52,179 bases of DNA. Origin: Candidatus Yanofskybacteria bacterium RIFCSPLOWO2_02_FULL_45_18. Its GTDB lineage: Bacteria; Patescibacteriota; Minisyncoccia; 2-02-FULL-40-12; GWA2-44-9. This document shows, one piece after another, positions 8,702 through 18,061 of this stretch. The stretch spans positions 15,855-68,033 of the forward strand of contig MGKV01000021.1 of NCBI GenBank assembly GCA_001795795.1, read 5' to 3'. The position numbers and the translations under genes were made by a program. The stretch's first letter is position 1, and each line of letters starts with the position of its first letter. Under the pieces are notes generated by a model, which saw only the letters and a list, made by a program, of their open reading frames with translations, searched no databases and had not been told where the DNA came from.

Positions 8702-10234
8702 TTGTCTATCCGTATTTTTTCGGCATCTATAAATGGTATTGATGCTCAAGCCATTGAAGTGGAAGTGGATTCTTCTCCCGGAATCCATTCTTTTAATATT
8801 GTTGGCTTGCCCGATAAAGCTGTTCAGGAATCCAAGGACCGTCTGGCTTCGGCAATAAAAAATAGCGGATTTTTGCCGCCTAACTCCAAAAACAAGAAGA
8901 TTACTATCAATCTTGCGCCGGCTGACATCAAAAAGGAGGGGCCGGCATACGATTTGCCCATAGCTATCGGCTATCTTCTTGAAACCGGCCAGATCAGGTT
9001 TGATGCTTCTAACCGCCTTTTCTTGGGCGAGTTATCTCTAGATGGTTCTTTGCGCCATGCCAATGGCGTGCTGGCCAGCGCTATTTTAGCAAAAAGAATG
9101 GGTTTTAATGAAATAATAATTCCGGCAGAGAATGCTGGAGAAGCGGCTGTAGTTGAAGAAATCGGGGCTATCGGCGCCAGAAGTATCGGCGAGGTTATCA
9201 GCCACCTTGACGGCACAAGAAGGATTGCTCCATTAAAAGCTGAATTTTTAGGAAAGATTCCTAATGTTCACGACAACTCCCTTTTGTTCATAAAAGGCCA
9301 GGAAACCGCCAAAAGAGCTTTGGTGATTGCCGCCGCTGGAGGCCACAATCTGCTTATGGGTGGCGCTCCCGGTACCGGCAAGACTCTTTTGGCTCGCGCC
9401 TTAAGCGAGATCTTGCCTCCCCTGTCTTTCGAAGAAGCTATTGAAGTTGCCAAAATTTATAGCGCCAGCGGTTTAACCAAAGATTCTTCATTGTCTTTCA
9501 GGCGGCCATTTAGAAATCCGCATCACACAACCTCGGCTGTGGCTATGGTTGGCGGAGGAACTTGGCCAAAACCGGGAGAAATAAGTTTGGCTCATCGGGG
9601 CGTGTTGTTTTTGGATGAATTTCCGGAATTTCCCAGAAATGTGCTGGAGAGTTTGCGTCAACCGCTTGAAGACGGACAAGTTACCATTTCGCGGGCTTCC
9701 GGTTCCGTCTCTTTGCCGGCTAAATTTATGCTTGTGGCGGCGATGAACCCTTGTCCTTGCGGAAACTATGGCGATTCGGTTAATGCTTGCATTTGCCCGA
9801 TGACTGCGGTTATGAATTACCGCAAGAAGATCTCCGGCCCGCTAATTGATAGAATAGATATTCAGGTTATGGTTCCGAGAGAAACGGTTTCTTCCGAAGA
9901 AAATGGCACTCTGCCTGAAAAAGTTGAGGAAATTAAGAAAAACATAACGTTAGCCAGACAAATTCAGGCGGAAAGATTTAAAAATTTGCCAATTTTTTGC
10001 AATGCGGAAATAAACCACAAGAATATAGACAAGTGTTGCAAATTAGAGAAAAGTGCGGAGAGCCTCCTAAGACACGCTATAAACGCGAAAGGCCTCTCTC
10101 TGCGGTCTTACCATAAAATTAAGAAAATCTCTCGCACAATCGCAGATTTAGAGCAATCAGAGCCAATTCAACAGCACCATGTCGCCGAAGCCCTCTCTTT
10201 GCGCATCAATGAAAAAATAACGGAGTTGTTTTGA
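8702..10234 (+). CDS. comM: YifB/ComM Mg-chelatase-like AAA+ ATPase
   Basis: IVGLPDKAVQES, INLAPAD, Walker A GAPGTGKT, HRGVLFLDE, AMNPCPCG; TTG start at 8702 after GGAGGGAGG. Confidence 0.93.
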   Translation: MSIRIFSASINGIDAQAIEVEVDSSPGIHSFNIVGLPDKAVQESKDRLASAIKNSGFLPPNSKNKKITINLAPADIKKEGPAYDLPIAIGYLLETGQIRFDASNRLFLGELSLDGSLRHANGVLASAILAKRMGFNEIIIPAENAGEAAVVEEIGAIGARSIGEVISHLDGTRRIAPLKAEFLGKIPNVHDNSLLFIKGQETAKRALVIAAAGGHNLLMGGAPGTGKTLLARALSEILPPLSFEEAIEVAKIYSASGLTKDSSLSFRRPFRNPHHTTSAVAMVGGGTWPKPGEISLAHRGVLFLDEFPEFPRNVLESLRQPLEDGQVTISRASGSVSLPAKFMLVAAMNPCPCGNYGDSVNACICPMTAVMNYRKKISGPLIDRIDIQVMVPRETVSSEENGTLPEKVEEIKKNITLARQIQAERFKNLPIFCNAEINHKNIDKCCKLEKSAESLLRHAINAKGLSLRSYHKIKKISRTIADLEQSEPIQQHHVAEALSLRINEKITELF

Positions 10235-10373
10235 ACAAAAGCATATAATTTAGTCAAGGGTAAGCGGAGCGAATCTGCGGCTGACCCGAAGCGCATGTTT
10301 GTTAGTGGGATTGCCGAAAGGTGCTAGGCGAGCGACTGTTCCATGCGAAACTGAAAAACCCCAACTGGATTTT

Positions 10374-11417
10374 TTAATGTTTTGCAAGAGGATTGTGGGC
10401 GCCGTGGACTTCAAAATGAAGGTGGCATCCGGTAGAGCGTCCGGTGGTTCCCATGAGCATGATTAACTGTCCCCTGGTAACACTTTGACCGACAGAAACT
10501 AGAAGTTTGCTTGAGTGAGAGTAAAGAGTTTCCGTGCCGTTTGAATGGGCAATTTTGATAAATTTACCGAATCCCCCATTCCAACCGCTAGCGTCTGCTG
10601 TGGTAACTTGTCCATCGGCGGCGGCATAAATTGGCGTTCCGCAGGAGTTGGCTATATCCACACCGTTTCTGCCGTGTATTCTTCCCCAATTATATCCGAT
10701 GGCGGGAAGCATGAATAAATCGTCCAAGTTTGGCAGATAAGAAAAGCGTTTATTGCTTGACAAGGCGCTTGTGGCAATAGAACCGGAGCGTGGAGTGGAA
10801 ATACTTATTTTGCCATCAGGAACGATAATTTCGTCATCAACCTGAAGCTGGCCGCTTTGCGGTAGGCTGTTAAAAGCGATTATTTTGGCTTCTTCAACTC
10901 CATATTTCTTGGCAATTGTCGGCAAAGTATCTCCCTTTTTGATTTTGTGGATGACTCCCGATACCGGCGGGATGCGTAGAACTTGGCCGGGATTAATGTT
11001 GCCTACTCCTTTCAAATTATTAGCCCAAATCAAGGAATTTACGCTAACGCCGTAATCCGAAGCGATAAAAGAAAGAGTATCTCCGGGCTGAACGGTGTAA
11101 TCAACGACTTGATTGCGCCGGACACCAATATCATCCAGATAATCAGCGTTTGGCGGGTTGTAAGAAACAAAAGAGTTGTCATTGACGCTGGTTGGATTTA
11201 TTTCCGCCTCCGGTCCCCCTTGCCCCTGATTTTGCGACTCTACTTCGGCTAGCGTAAGACTGCTCGCATTTGCCAATTGGCTCTGCGACCCCTCCAGAGA
11301 AAGAAATGAATCGGCGGTTTCTTCAATATAATTCTTGACGACATTGTTGAAAAAACTGGCCTGCCCTTCGCCGGAGGAACCGCGAAACACTAACACCGAA
11401 ATTGACAAAAAGATCAT
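10374..11417 (-). CDS. LysM x2 + M23 peptidase (cell-wall hydrolase)
   Basis: YTVQPGDTLS and HKIKKGDTL LysM repeats; HGRNGVDIA, LYSH, STGCHLHFEV. Start uncertain. Confidence 0.9.
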   Translation of the reverse strand: MIFLSISVLVFRGSSGEGQASFFNNVVKNYIEETADSFLSLEGSQSQLANASSLTLAEVESQNQGQGGPEAEINPTSVNDNSFVSYNPPNADYLDDIGVRRNQVVDYTVQPGDTLSFIASDYGVSVNSLIWANNLKGVGNINPGQVLRIPPVSGVIHKIKKGDTLPTIAKKYGVEEAKIIAFNSLPQSGQLQVDDEIIVPDGKISISTPRSGSIATSALSSNKRFSYLPNLDDLFMLPAIGYNWGRIHGRNGVDIANSCGTPIYAAADGQVTTADASGWNGGFGKFIKIAHSNGTETLYSHSSKLLVSVGQSVTRGQLIMLMGTTGRSTGCHLHFEVHGAHNPLAKH

Positions 11418-11724
11418 AAGATAAAAACTAAAACGCTCGCCTCTGACGAGTTTGTTTATTTTTGAGCCAATCGAACTATCACATCCCCTCTTCCAAAAAG
11501 AAGAAATTTTTATGTTGAAGATGGTGCTAATAGGATTTGATTAAAGACTTGCGAGCTGATTTTAGGCCATATAAATAGCCCAGCTTCTCCCAAAAAGGCA
11601 AAAATCCTCTTAAAGAGAATTCAGGTAGAATTCTAGCACTTTCGTGGAAAAGACGCAACCATTTGTATCCACAGGGACTTGATGCTAGATTAAGCACTAA
11701 GGAATTCCTAATTTCTAAATAAAG

Positions 11725-12090
11725 ATGAATCGTTCCGATCTTGGCTACTTTGCCGAACACTATGTCGCACAATATCTGGAGGCGAAGGGATATGAAATCA
11801 TGGACCTAAATTTCCGGAAACCGTGGGGAGAGATTGATATTGTGGCTCAAAAAGAGGGGATTTTGGTTTTTGTGGAAGTGAAAGCCAGCAAACAAGCGAC
11901 AGTCGGCTTTGAGCCGGAGTTGAGGGCGGGGAGCGATAAAATGCGCAAAGTTGTCCGCACCGCCCGCACCTATCTTGCTTACCGTAAATATCCGCCGGAC
12001 AAGGAGTGGCAGGTTGATATTGTCTCACTGACGTTTGATAAAGATAGGGGAGTGGCCCAAATCAAGCATTTCAAGAATGTGGAAGTGTGA
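11725..12090 (+). CDS. yraN: YraN family nuclease
   Basis: GYFAEHY, NFRKPWGEIDIVA, LVFVEVK. Confidence 0.92.
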   Translation: MNRSDLGYFAEHYVAQYLEAKGYEIMDLNFRKPWGEIDIVAQKEGILVFVEVKASKQATVGFEPELRAGSDKMRKVVRTARTYLAYRKYPPDKEWQVDIVSLTFDKDRGVAQIKHFKNVEV

Positions 12091-12249
12091 TTTTTGGGCT
12101 GTTTTGCGGGGTTTTTGGGACTATTGACTGGGGGCTTGTTTCTTGGTATAATAACAGATAACAATAGGCATTCGCTTTGGGCGCCTGTTGAGTACTCAAC
12201 AATTGAATTTTTTGGGTCCAGTCGACGGGCTGGGCTTGAGGAGGATCCC

Positions 12250-13050
12250 ATGTTTGAAAAGACAAGGACCGCGGTCCTCCTCGTTCTTGCCGTGCTGGTT
12301 TTTTCAGCACCCGCAGGGGCGGGGATGTTGGACATTGCGTCCAACAACCACCATGACCGGTACGGTGGTTATCGGCAGTACCGGCAACCCTACGGCTATG
12401 GCCAGCCGAGTATTTTAGACGAATGCTCGGCGGCTTTGGCTGATATTCCCTCAAAAGGGGAAAGGATAGCCAAAGCGGGAGTTGACGGCTTATCCGTCGG
12501 GTTCCTGACCAAAGGCCTGACGAAATCGGGCCGATGGGCGGCAGTTGCCGGCGGTTCTACCGCTCTCGTGGAAAGCATCATTATGCTGAAACGGGACGGA
12601 AACCGTCGCAAAGAGTTGCAAGCGGCATGCCTGCAACTCATGCGCGAGCAAGTCGCTCGCGAGCAACAAACCGAACCGGAACCGGACCGCCGCGAGGCGG
12701 ACCGAGAACGGGAAACCGAAAGGGAGTACCGTGAAGCCGAACCGGAATCAGAAATGATTTCGGTGAGGTTTCGAAACCGATTCGTGAAGAAGGAAGTTAC
12801 CGTCGTTATTCTTGGCGGGAACGCTCCTTCTCCGGTGACCTTGTCACCGGGCGAGTCAATAATCATCAGTGTGCCTCAAGGGAGTGGAGTAGAGGCACAC
12901 TATGTCATGACGATAGGTCATGACAAAAACGGAACATCCATTGATGTTCCGACAGTTTTGAAACCGGGTTTCGGAATATACTGGGTCAATGACCAGTATG
13001 AAATCCGCAATCCGTATACGGAAGGAGGCAAAAATGACGATAAGAATTAG
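12250..13050 (+). CDS. Hypothetical secreted protein with glycine-zipper-like segment
   Basis: GAGGAGG RBS before ATG 12250; signal peptide; small-residue hydrophobic segment; charged linker; beta-rich C-terminus. Confidence 0.7.
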   Translation: MFEKTRTAVLLVLAVLVFSAPAGAGMLDIASNNHHDRYGGYRQYRQPYGYGQPSILDECSAALADIPSKGERIAKAGVDGLSVGFLTKGLTKSGRWAAVAGGSTALVESIIMLKRDGNRRKELQAACLQLMREQVAREQQTEPEPDRREADRERETEREYREAEPESEMISVRFRNRFVKKEVTVVILGGNAPSPVTLSPGESIIISVPQGSGVEAHYVMTIGHDKNGTSIDVPTVLKPGFGIYWVNDQYEIRNPYTEGGKNDDKN

Positions 13051-13723
13051 TCCGGTCGTTCTATTTTTGGTGGCGCTTGTCGCCGCCATTGTTCTAGATG
13101 TCTTATTTGTGCCGGCTCGGCTGGCGGCAGCTCTTTTGTGGGTGGTAATCCCAGCGTTTACGCTGGGTCTGCTCATCCACCTATGGATGAGGCCAGCGCC
13201 GACCTTGGCGCCGGGAACAACGGTAAGCTCCGCGGTTACCGTTCCGTATGTAAGCGGAGCGGTAACGCACAAGGTCCCGATACCCGGGACCAATCAAGAA
13301 TTTTTGTTCCGGCCGCCAACGAACGACCGTTGGCATCTGGGACGAAACATGGGCTACGGAATTTTAGTAGCCCTGACTGTTCTGTCCCTGGTGGGGGGTA
13401 TGGTGCATCTTGTTGATGTTTACTATGCTACTCCCGCCACCACGGCCACGGGGGAGCAACCGGCTCCCTTGCCACAACCCCAGCCAGCGGTTGCCGCAGG
13501 CCAGCATGATGGTGACACCGTCACCATCAACCAGCTGAAGCAGGATATTCAAATCCTGCAACAGCGGGTAAACCGTCCGTCCTCGGCGCCACCACATCCT
13601 CTAGTCGCAATTAATGTGACGGGGGGAACGGTGAAGGTGGCTCCGTCGACCCAGCTAGCGGTCAAGCCGGCCGAGACCAAGCCGGTTACCGCTAACCCGT
13701 GGTTGCTCCCCGAAAACCAGTAG
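13034..13723 (+). CDS. Hypothetical membrane protein (3 TM)
   Basis: AAGGAGG RBS, overlap with the upstream gene, hydrophobic helices, Pro/Ala-rich tail. Confidence 0.7.
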   Translation: MTIRISPVVLFLVALVAAIVLDVLFVPARLAAALLWVVIPAFTLGLLIHLWMRPAPTLAPGTTVSSAVTVPYVSGAVTHKVPIPGTNQEFLFRPPTNDRWHLGRNMGYGILVALTVLSLVGGMVHLVDVYYATPATTATGEQPAPLPQPQPAVAAGQHDGDTVTINQLKQDIQILQQRVNRPSSAPPHPLVAINVTGGTVKVAPSTQLAVKPAETKPVTANPWLLPENQ

Positions 13724-13743
13724 GGGAGCAACCACAACCACCC

Positions 13744-13781
13744 TGTCCTATACAATTGGCATATGCCAATTGTATAGGACA
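13744..13781. repeat. Perfect 38-bp palindrome P1
   Basis: TGTCCTATACAATTGGCAT|ATGCCAATTGTATAGGACA. Confidence 0.95.
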
Positions 13782-13819
13782 CACTTTCGGAGCCAAGGAG
13801 GATAAAAATGTGGCTCCAC

Positions 13820-13849
13820 GCACGCTTAAATAAAGCGTGCTTTCTTTTT
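13820..13849 (+). terminator. Intrinsic terminator
   Basis: GCACGCTT-aaata-AAGCGTGC then TTTCTTTTT. Confidence 0.6.
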
Positions 13850-14044
13850 CCAGCATTAACTTTAAATCTGCTATGCCTAAAATTGTCGTTAAAATAGATA
13901 ACACAACCATACTTCCGTGAAATATAAATCGTAGCAAAGGATTATGGCATAGCTTTAAGACAATTTGTATTCAAAGTTAGTGCTGGATTTTGCCCAAATT
14001 TTGTTTCCCATTTGCTTTAAGCGCCATCCTTGATTTATTGTAGC

Positions 14045-14094
14045 AGCACCTGTCCCCCACTTTCAGCAATTGCTGAAAGTGGGGGACAGGTGCT
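14045..14094. repeat. Perfect 50-bp palindrome P2 (38-bp core 14051-14088)
   Basis: AGCACCTGTCCCCCACTTTCAGCAA|TTGCTGAAAGTGGGGGACAGGTGCT. Confidence 0.97.
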
Positions 14095-14141
14095 ATTATG
14101 TTATTAATGTGCTAAATATTTGTTAAATAACGGTTTCGCTT

Positions 14142-14729
14142 ATGTCACGATCTAATATAAAAAATTCGTTTTCTTACAAATTATTAAAAGCTATAGCTGT
14201 TGGCGGAATGGTGATGGTGGCCGCTGGCAATCCATATTTCGGTTTGGGCGCTTTTAAGGCCATAAGAAAAGAGCTTAAACGAAAAAAGTGGCGACAATTT
14301 TATAAAGAACTTTGGAAATTAAAGCATCTTAAGAGGGTTAATGTTTCTTCAAGCCCGGACGGAACTTACGCGGTAGAAATTGCCCAAATGGGCAAGAGTA
14401 CACTTATAAAGTATGACCTAGATAATTTATCCATAAAGCCCATGCATAATTGGGACGGTTATTGGAGGCTTTTCTTTTTTGATATACCAGCTGATAAAAA
14501 AGGGAGACATTCGCTGTTGGCTAAGTTAAGGGAATTGGGTTTTGTTAAAGTGCAGAAAAGCTTATGGGCACATCCGTTTGAGTGTAGGGAAGAGCTTGCC
14601 GTAATATCAAAAGCATTTGAGGTAGAACCCTATGTGAAACATTGTTTAGCGTACGACTTTGACACTGATTGGAAACTTATAAAAGATTTTGAGAGAATAA
14701 ATGGAATAAAACTTAAAGATCGAAATTAG
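14142..14729 (+). CDS. Stand-alone PaaX-like protein: basic wHTH-like N-region + Cas2/VapD-like ferredoxin-fold domain
   Basis: WDGYWRLFFFDIP...LRELGFVKVQKSLWAHPF matches the PaaX central/Cas2-like signature; AT-rich relative to its neighbours. Confidence 0.85.
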   Translation: MSRSNIKNSFSYKLLKAIAVGGMVMVAAGNPYFGLGAFKAIRKELKRKKWRQFYKELWKLKHLKRVNVSSSPDGTYAVEIAQMGKSTLIKYDLDNLSIKPMHNWDGYWRLFFFDIPADKKGRHSLLAKLRELGFVKVQKSLWAHPFECREELAVISKAFEVEPYVKHCLAYDFDTDWKLIKDFERINGIKLKDRN

Positions 14730-14738
14730 TTTGCGAGG

Positions 14739-14776
14739 TGTCCCCTACTTTCAGCAATTGCTGAAAGTAGGGGACA
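14739..14776. repeat. Perfect 38-bp palindrome P3
   Basis: TGTCCCCTACTTTCAGCAA|TTGCTGAAAGTAGGGGACA, starting 10 bp after the stop codon. Confidence 0.97.
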
Positions 14777-14817
14777 GAGATATTAACTAATAAAAACAGA
14801 GATAATAACTAATAAAA
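14774..14817 (+). repeat. 22-bp tandem duplication
   Basis: ACAGAGATATTAACTAATAAAA / ACAGAGATAATAACTAATAAAA (21/22 identical). Confidence 0.9.
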
Positions 14818-14851
14818 GTTGGTTAAGGAGGATCGCTGGAAATAGTGAATT

Positions 14852-15328
14852 ATGCTTATGAAAATTTTATCTAAAAGTCCGAGCCAAACCGAAGAAATCG
14901 GGGCAAAATTAGCTCTTCAGCGGACTCAAGGCAAATTTCAACAAAAACAAGCCATTATAATCGCTTTGGAAGGAGAGCTGGGGGCGGGCAAGACGGTATT
15001 TGTAAAGGGTTTCGCGGCGGCGCTGGGCGTCAAAAAGGGGATTCGTAGCCCCACTTTTAATCTGATGAAACGCTACCCCATCAAAGCCATAGGCCATAGG
15101 CCATTAGCCATAAGCTATTTGTATCATCTTGATTGTTACCGATTGAATAGCGGAAAAGAGTTGGAAGCGCTAGGATTTAAAGAAATTGTATCTGACCCGC
15201 GCAACATTATTCTGATAGAATGGGCGGAGAGGGTAAAGGATGCCTTACCGAGAAAATATGTCAAAGTACACATTGACCATGTTGACGAAACAACAAGAAA
15301 GCTGCAAATTTTTAATTTTCAATTTTAA
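14852..15328 (+). CDS. tsaE: tRNA threonylcarbamoyladenosine biosynthesis ATPase TsaE
   Basis: LEGELGAGKT, SPTF, HLDCYRL, IEWAE. Confidence 0.95.
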   Translation: MLMKILSKSPSQTEEIGAKLALQRTQGKFQQKQAIIIALEGELGAGKTVFVKGFAAALGVKKGIRSPTFNLMKRYPIKAIGHRPLAISYLYHLDCYRLNSGKELEALGFKEIVSDPRNIILIEWAERVKDALPRKYVKVHIDHVDETTRKLQIFNFQF

Positions 15329-15403
15329 ATTTTCAATCAATTTTCAATTATTTAATTTTCAAATCTTGTTTGGAAATTGGAAATTGGAACTTGGAAATTC
15401 AAA
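15304..15403. repeat. Heptamer repeat tract (TCAATTT)n...(TGGAAAT)n
   Basis: Degenerate 7-nt periodicity with inverted halves between tsaE and polA. Confidence 0.75.
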
Positions 15404-18043
15404 ATGAGAAAGCTCATTTTGGTCGATTCCAACGCCTTGGTGCATCGGGCTTTTCACGCTCTGCCGCCGATGAATTCACCCAAGGGCCTGCCGACCAACG
15501 CCGTCTATGGTTTTACTGCGGTATTTTTGAAGATGCTCAAGGATATAAAGCCGGATTATATCGCGGCGACTTTTGATTTGGCGGCGCCGACTTTCCGCCA
15601 CGAAGAATTTGAAGAATACAAGGCCCATCGCATGAAAGCGCCCGACGAGCTTTATATTCAAGTCCAGCCGATTAAAGAACTGCTAATGGCCTTTGGCGTG
15701 CCGATTTACGAAAGGGCGGGTTATGAGGCGGACGACCTCATCGGTTCTCTGGCGGAAAAAGCTAAAAAATCCGAAGACCTGCAGGTTATAATTGTAACCG
15801 GCGATCTGGACACCCTGCAGTTGGTTGATGGCGATAAGGTGGTGGTTTTTACTTTGCGCAAGGGCATTACCGATACGATTACCTATGACGAAAAAGAGGT
15901 TAAAAAGCGCTATGGATTTTTGCCGGAGCGGGTAACGGATTATAAGGGCCTCAGGGGCGATCCGTCGGATAATATCCCGGGGGTAAAAGGCGTAGGGGAA
16001 ACGACGGCGACAACACTGATAAAAAAATATGGCACGATTGAAAAGCTGTACGAAGAAATAGAGCGAAAAGCGAAAAGCGAAAAGCGAAAAGCGACAGTTA
16101 AAAAACCAAAAGAAATAAATATACTGCCGGAAAAACTCGTAGAAAAATTGCTGGCCGACAAAGATATGGCATTTTTCTCTAAGAAACTGGCGACAATCGT
16201 GCGGACAGTTGAGGTTGACTTTGATTTGGACAAAACCGATTGGCGTAAAAACCTTAACCGCGAAGCGCTGGAGAAAATTCTGCGCGACTTGGGTTTTTAT
16301 TCACTGGTGAAGCGTCTGGATGAGTCATTGGGCCAGAATCCGTCTAAACCCGAACAGCTTTCGGTTTTTGCGGATGAAGCAATAAAACCGGCGGTGGAGA
16401 TGGTTGAAATCGCCGACCCTGGCAAATTGCCCCCCGCCGGCGAGCTTGCCATTTGTCTTGGCGATGATTTTGCCAGCTTTGCTTCCAACCCCGACAGGGT
16501 TTACAAAATTAGATTACAGGGACGGAAAATAAGCGACACAATTCTAACCAAAACCCGTCTTATCGGCCATGATCTTAAATATCTTAATCGCCGGGCATTT
16601 CAAGAAAATTTTGAAATTAAAAACGAGGTTTTTGACACCAAAATTGCCGCTTATCTGATTAACCCCGATGGGCGCGACTATGATTTTTACAAGGTATTTT
16701 ACGCCGAACTGGGTTATTCGGCCGATGAAAATCCAGTTTTACGGCCCGCCTACGCCTTGCGGCTTCGGCAGGTACAATGGGAAAAACTCAAATCCAACAA
16801 TCTGATAAAGGTCTTTGAAGATATTGAGATGCCATTGATAAAAGTGTTGGCGTGGATGGAACTTAACGGCATCAAAGTGGATGTTCGTGTGCTTAATGAC
16901 TTGCAGAAACTTTGCGCTAAAGAGCTGGCCCAGCTGAAAAAACAAATCCATATTCTGGCCGGCGATGAGTTCAATATTAACTCCCCTCAACAGCTGGGCG
17001 AGATATTGTTCACGAAACTGGCTTTGAAAGGACGGGTGCGCAAGACGGGCAAAGGGGTGCCCTCAACCGCCGCTCCGGAACTGGAAAAGATTCGTGACGA
17101 ACACCCGATCATCCCACTTGTTCTTGACTATCGCGAGCTTCAAAAGCTCAAGACCGCATACATTGAACCCTTCCCCGAGTTGATAAGTAAGAAAGACGGG
17201 CGTATTCATACGACTTACAATCAAACCGGCACCGGCACGGGGCGCCTTGCTTCGCAAGATCCCAATTTGCAGAATATTCCCACCCGCACCGAGCTAGGGC
17301 AGGAGTTTCGCAAGGCGTTCGTTGCCGGAAAAGGCAATCAACTACTCTCTTTTGACTATTCGCAAATTGAACTGCGCATTGTCGCGCATTTGGCGCATGA
17401 CGAGAAAATGATCGCTGCTTTCAAGCGCGGCGAGGACATCCACACCCGCACCGCTTCGGAGGTCTTTGGGGTTTTGCCGGAAAAAGTAACCAAAGAAATG
17501 CGCCGCCAGGCCAAGGTTTTGAATTTCGGCATTATCTACGGCATGGGTGTTTTGGGTTTCGCGCGCTCGGCGGGAGTAGATCGCAACCGGGCGCGCGAAT
17601 TCATTGACCGCTATTTTCGCGAGTTTGAAGGCGTGGCGCGCTATATGGCCGAAACCAAAAAACTGGCCGACCGGAATGAATATGTTCAGACGCTTTTCGG
17701 CCGGAGACGGCTTCTGCCGGAAATTCACTCGCAAATGCCCCAGCTTCGCGCCCAAGCCGAACGCATGGCCGTCAATCATCCGGTGCAGGGAACGGCGGCT
17801 GACTTGATTAAAATGGCCATGATTACCGTGGATAAATATCTTCAGGGTTCGACATTGAAGAAAGAAAAGATTAAAATGTTACTGCAAGTTCATGACGAGC
17901 TTGTTTTTGAAGTGAATTCCGGTTTTGTCGCCCAAGTCGCCCCCAAGATAAAAGAAATCATGGGGGGAGTTTATAAACTTGATATCCCGCTTGTAATTGA
18001 TGTAAAAGTGGGGGAGAATTGGGCAGAGATGAAGAAATTGTGA
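15404..18043 (+). CDS. polA: DNA polymerase I
   Basis: 5'-3' exonuclease (HRAFHALP, YEADD, GDPSDNIPGV) and polymerase motifs DYSQIELR, AKVLNFGIIYG, QVHDEL; ATG 15404. Confidence 0.98.
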   Translation: MRKLILVDSNALVHRAFHALPPMNSPKGLPTNAVYGFTAVFLKMLKDIKPDYIAATFDLAAPTFRHEEFEEYKAHRMKAPDELYIQVQPIKELLMAFGVPIYERAGYEADDLIGSLAEKAKKSEDLQVIIVTGDLDTLQLVDGDKVVVFTLRKGITDTITYDEKEVKKRYGFLPERVTDYKGLRGDPSDNIPGVKGVGETTATTLIKKYGTIEKLYEEIERKAKSEKRKATVKKPKEINILPEKLVEKLLADKDMAFFSKKLATIVRTVEVDFDLDKTDWRKNLNREALEKILRDLGFYSLVKRLDESLGQNPSKPEQLSVFADEAIKPAVEMVEIADPGKLPPAGELAICLGDDFASFASNPDRVYKIRLQGRKISDTILTKTRLIGHDLKYLNRRAFQENFEIKNEVFDTKIAAYLINPDGRDYDFYKVFYAELGYSADENPVLRPAYALRLRQVQWEKLKSNNLIKVFEDIEMPLIKVLAWMELNGIKVDVRVLNDLQKLCAKELAQLKKQIHILAGDEFNINSPQQLGEILFTKLALKGRVRKTGKGVPSTAAPELEKIRDEHPIIPLVLDYRELQKLKTAYIEPFPELISKKDGRIHTTYNQTGTGTGRLASQDPNLQNIPTRTELGQEFRKAFVAGKGNQLLSFDYSQIELRIVAHLAHDEKMIAAFKRGEDIHTRTASEVFGVLPEKVTKEMRRQAKVLNFGIIYGMGVLGFARSAGVDRNRAREFIDRYFREFEGVARYMAETKKLADRNEYVQTLFGRRRLLPEIHSQMPQLRAQAERMAVNHPVQGTAADLIKMAMITVDKYLQGSTLKKEKIKMLLQVHDELVFEVNSGFVAQVAPKIKEIMGGVYKLDIPLVIDVKVGENWAEMKKL

Positions 18044-18061
18044 GAGCGGGACGGAGCTGTT

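Noticed and set aside
14142-14729. CRISPR-Cas locus (cas2) or phenylacetate regulator paaX
   Set aside because: No cas1, other cas genes or array, and no paa genes, in the window; the protein is too short to include the PaaX C-terminal domain. No gene symbol assigned.
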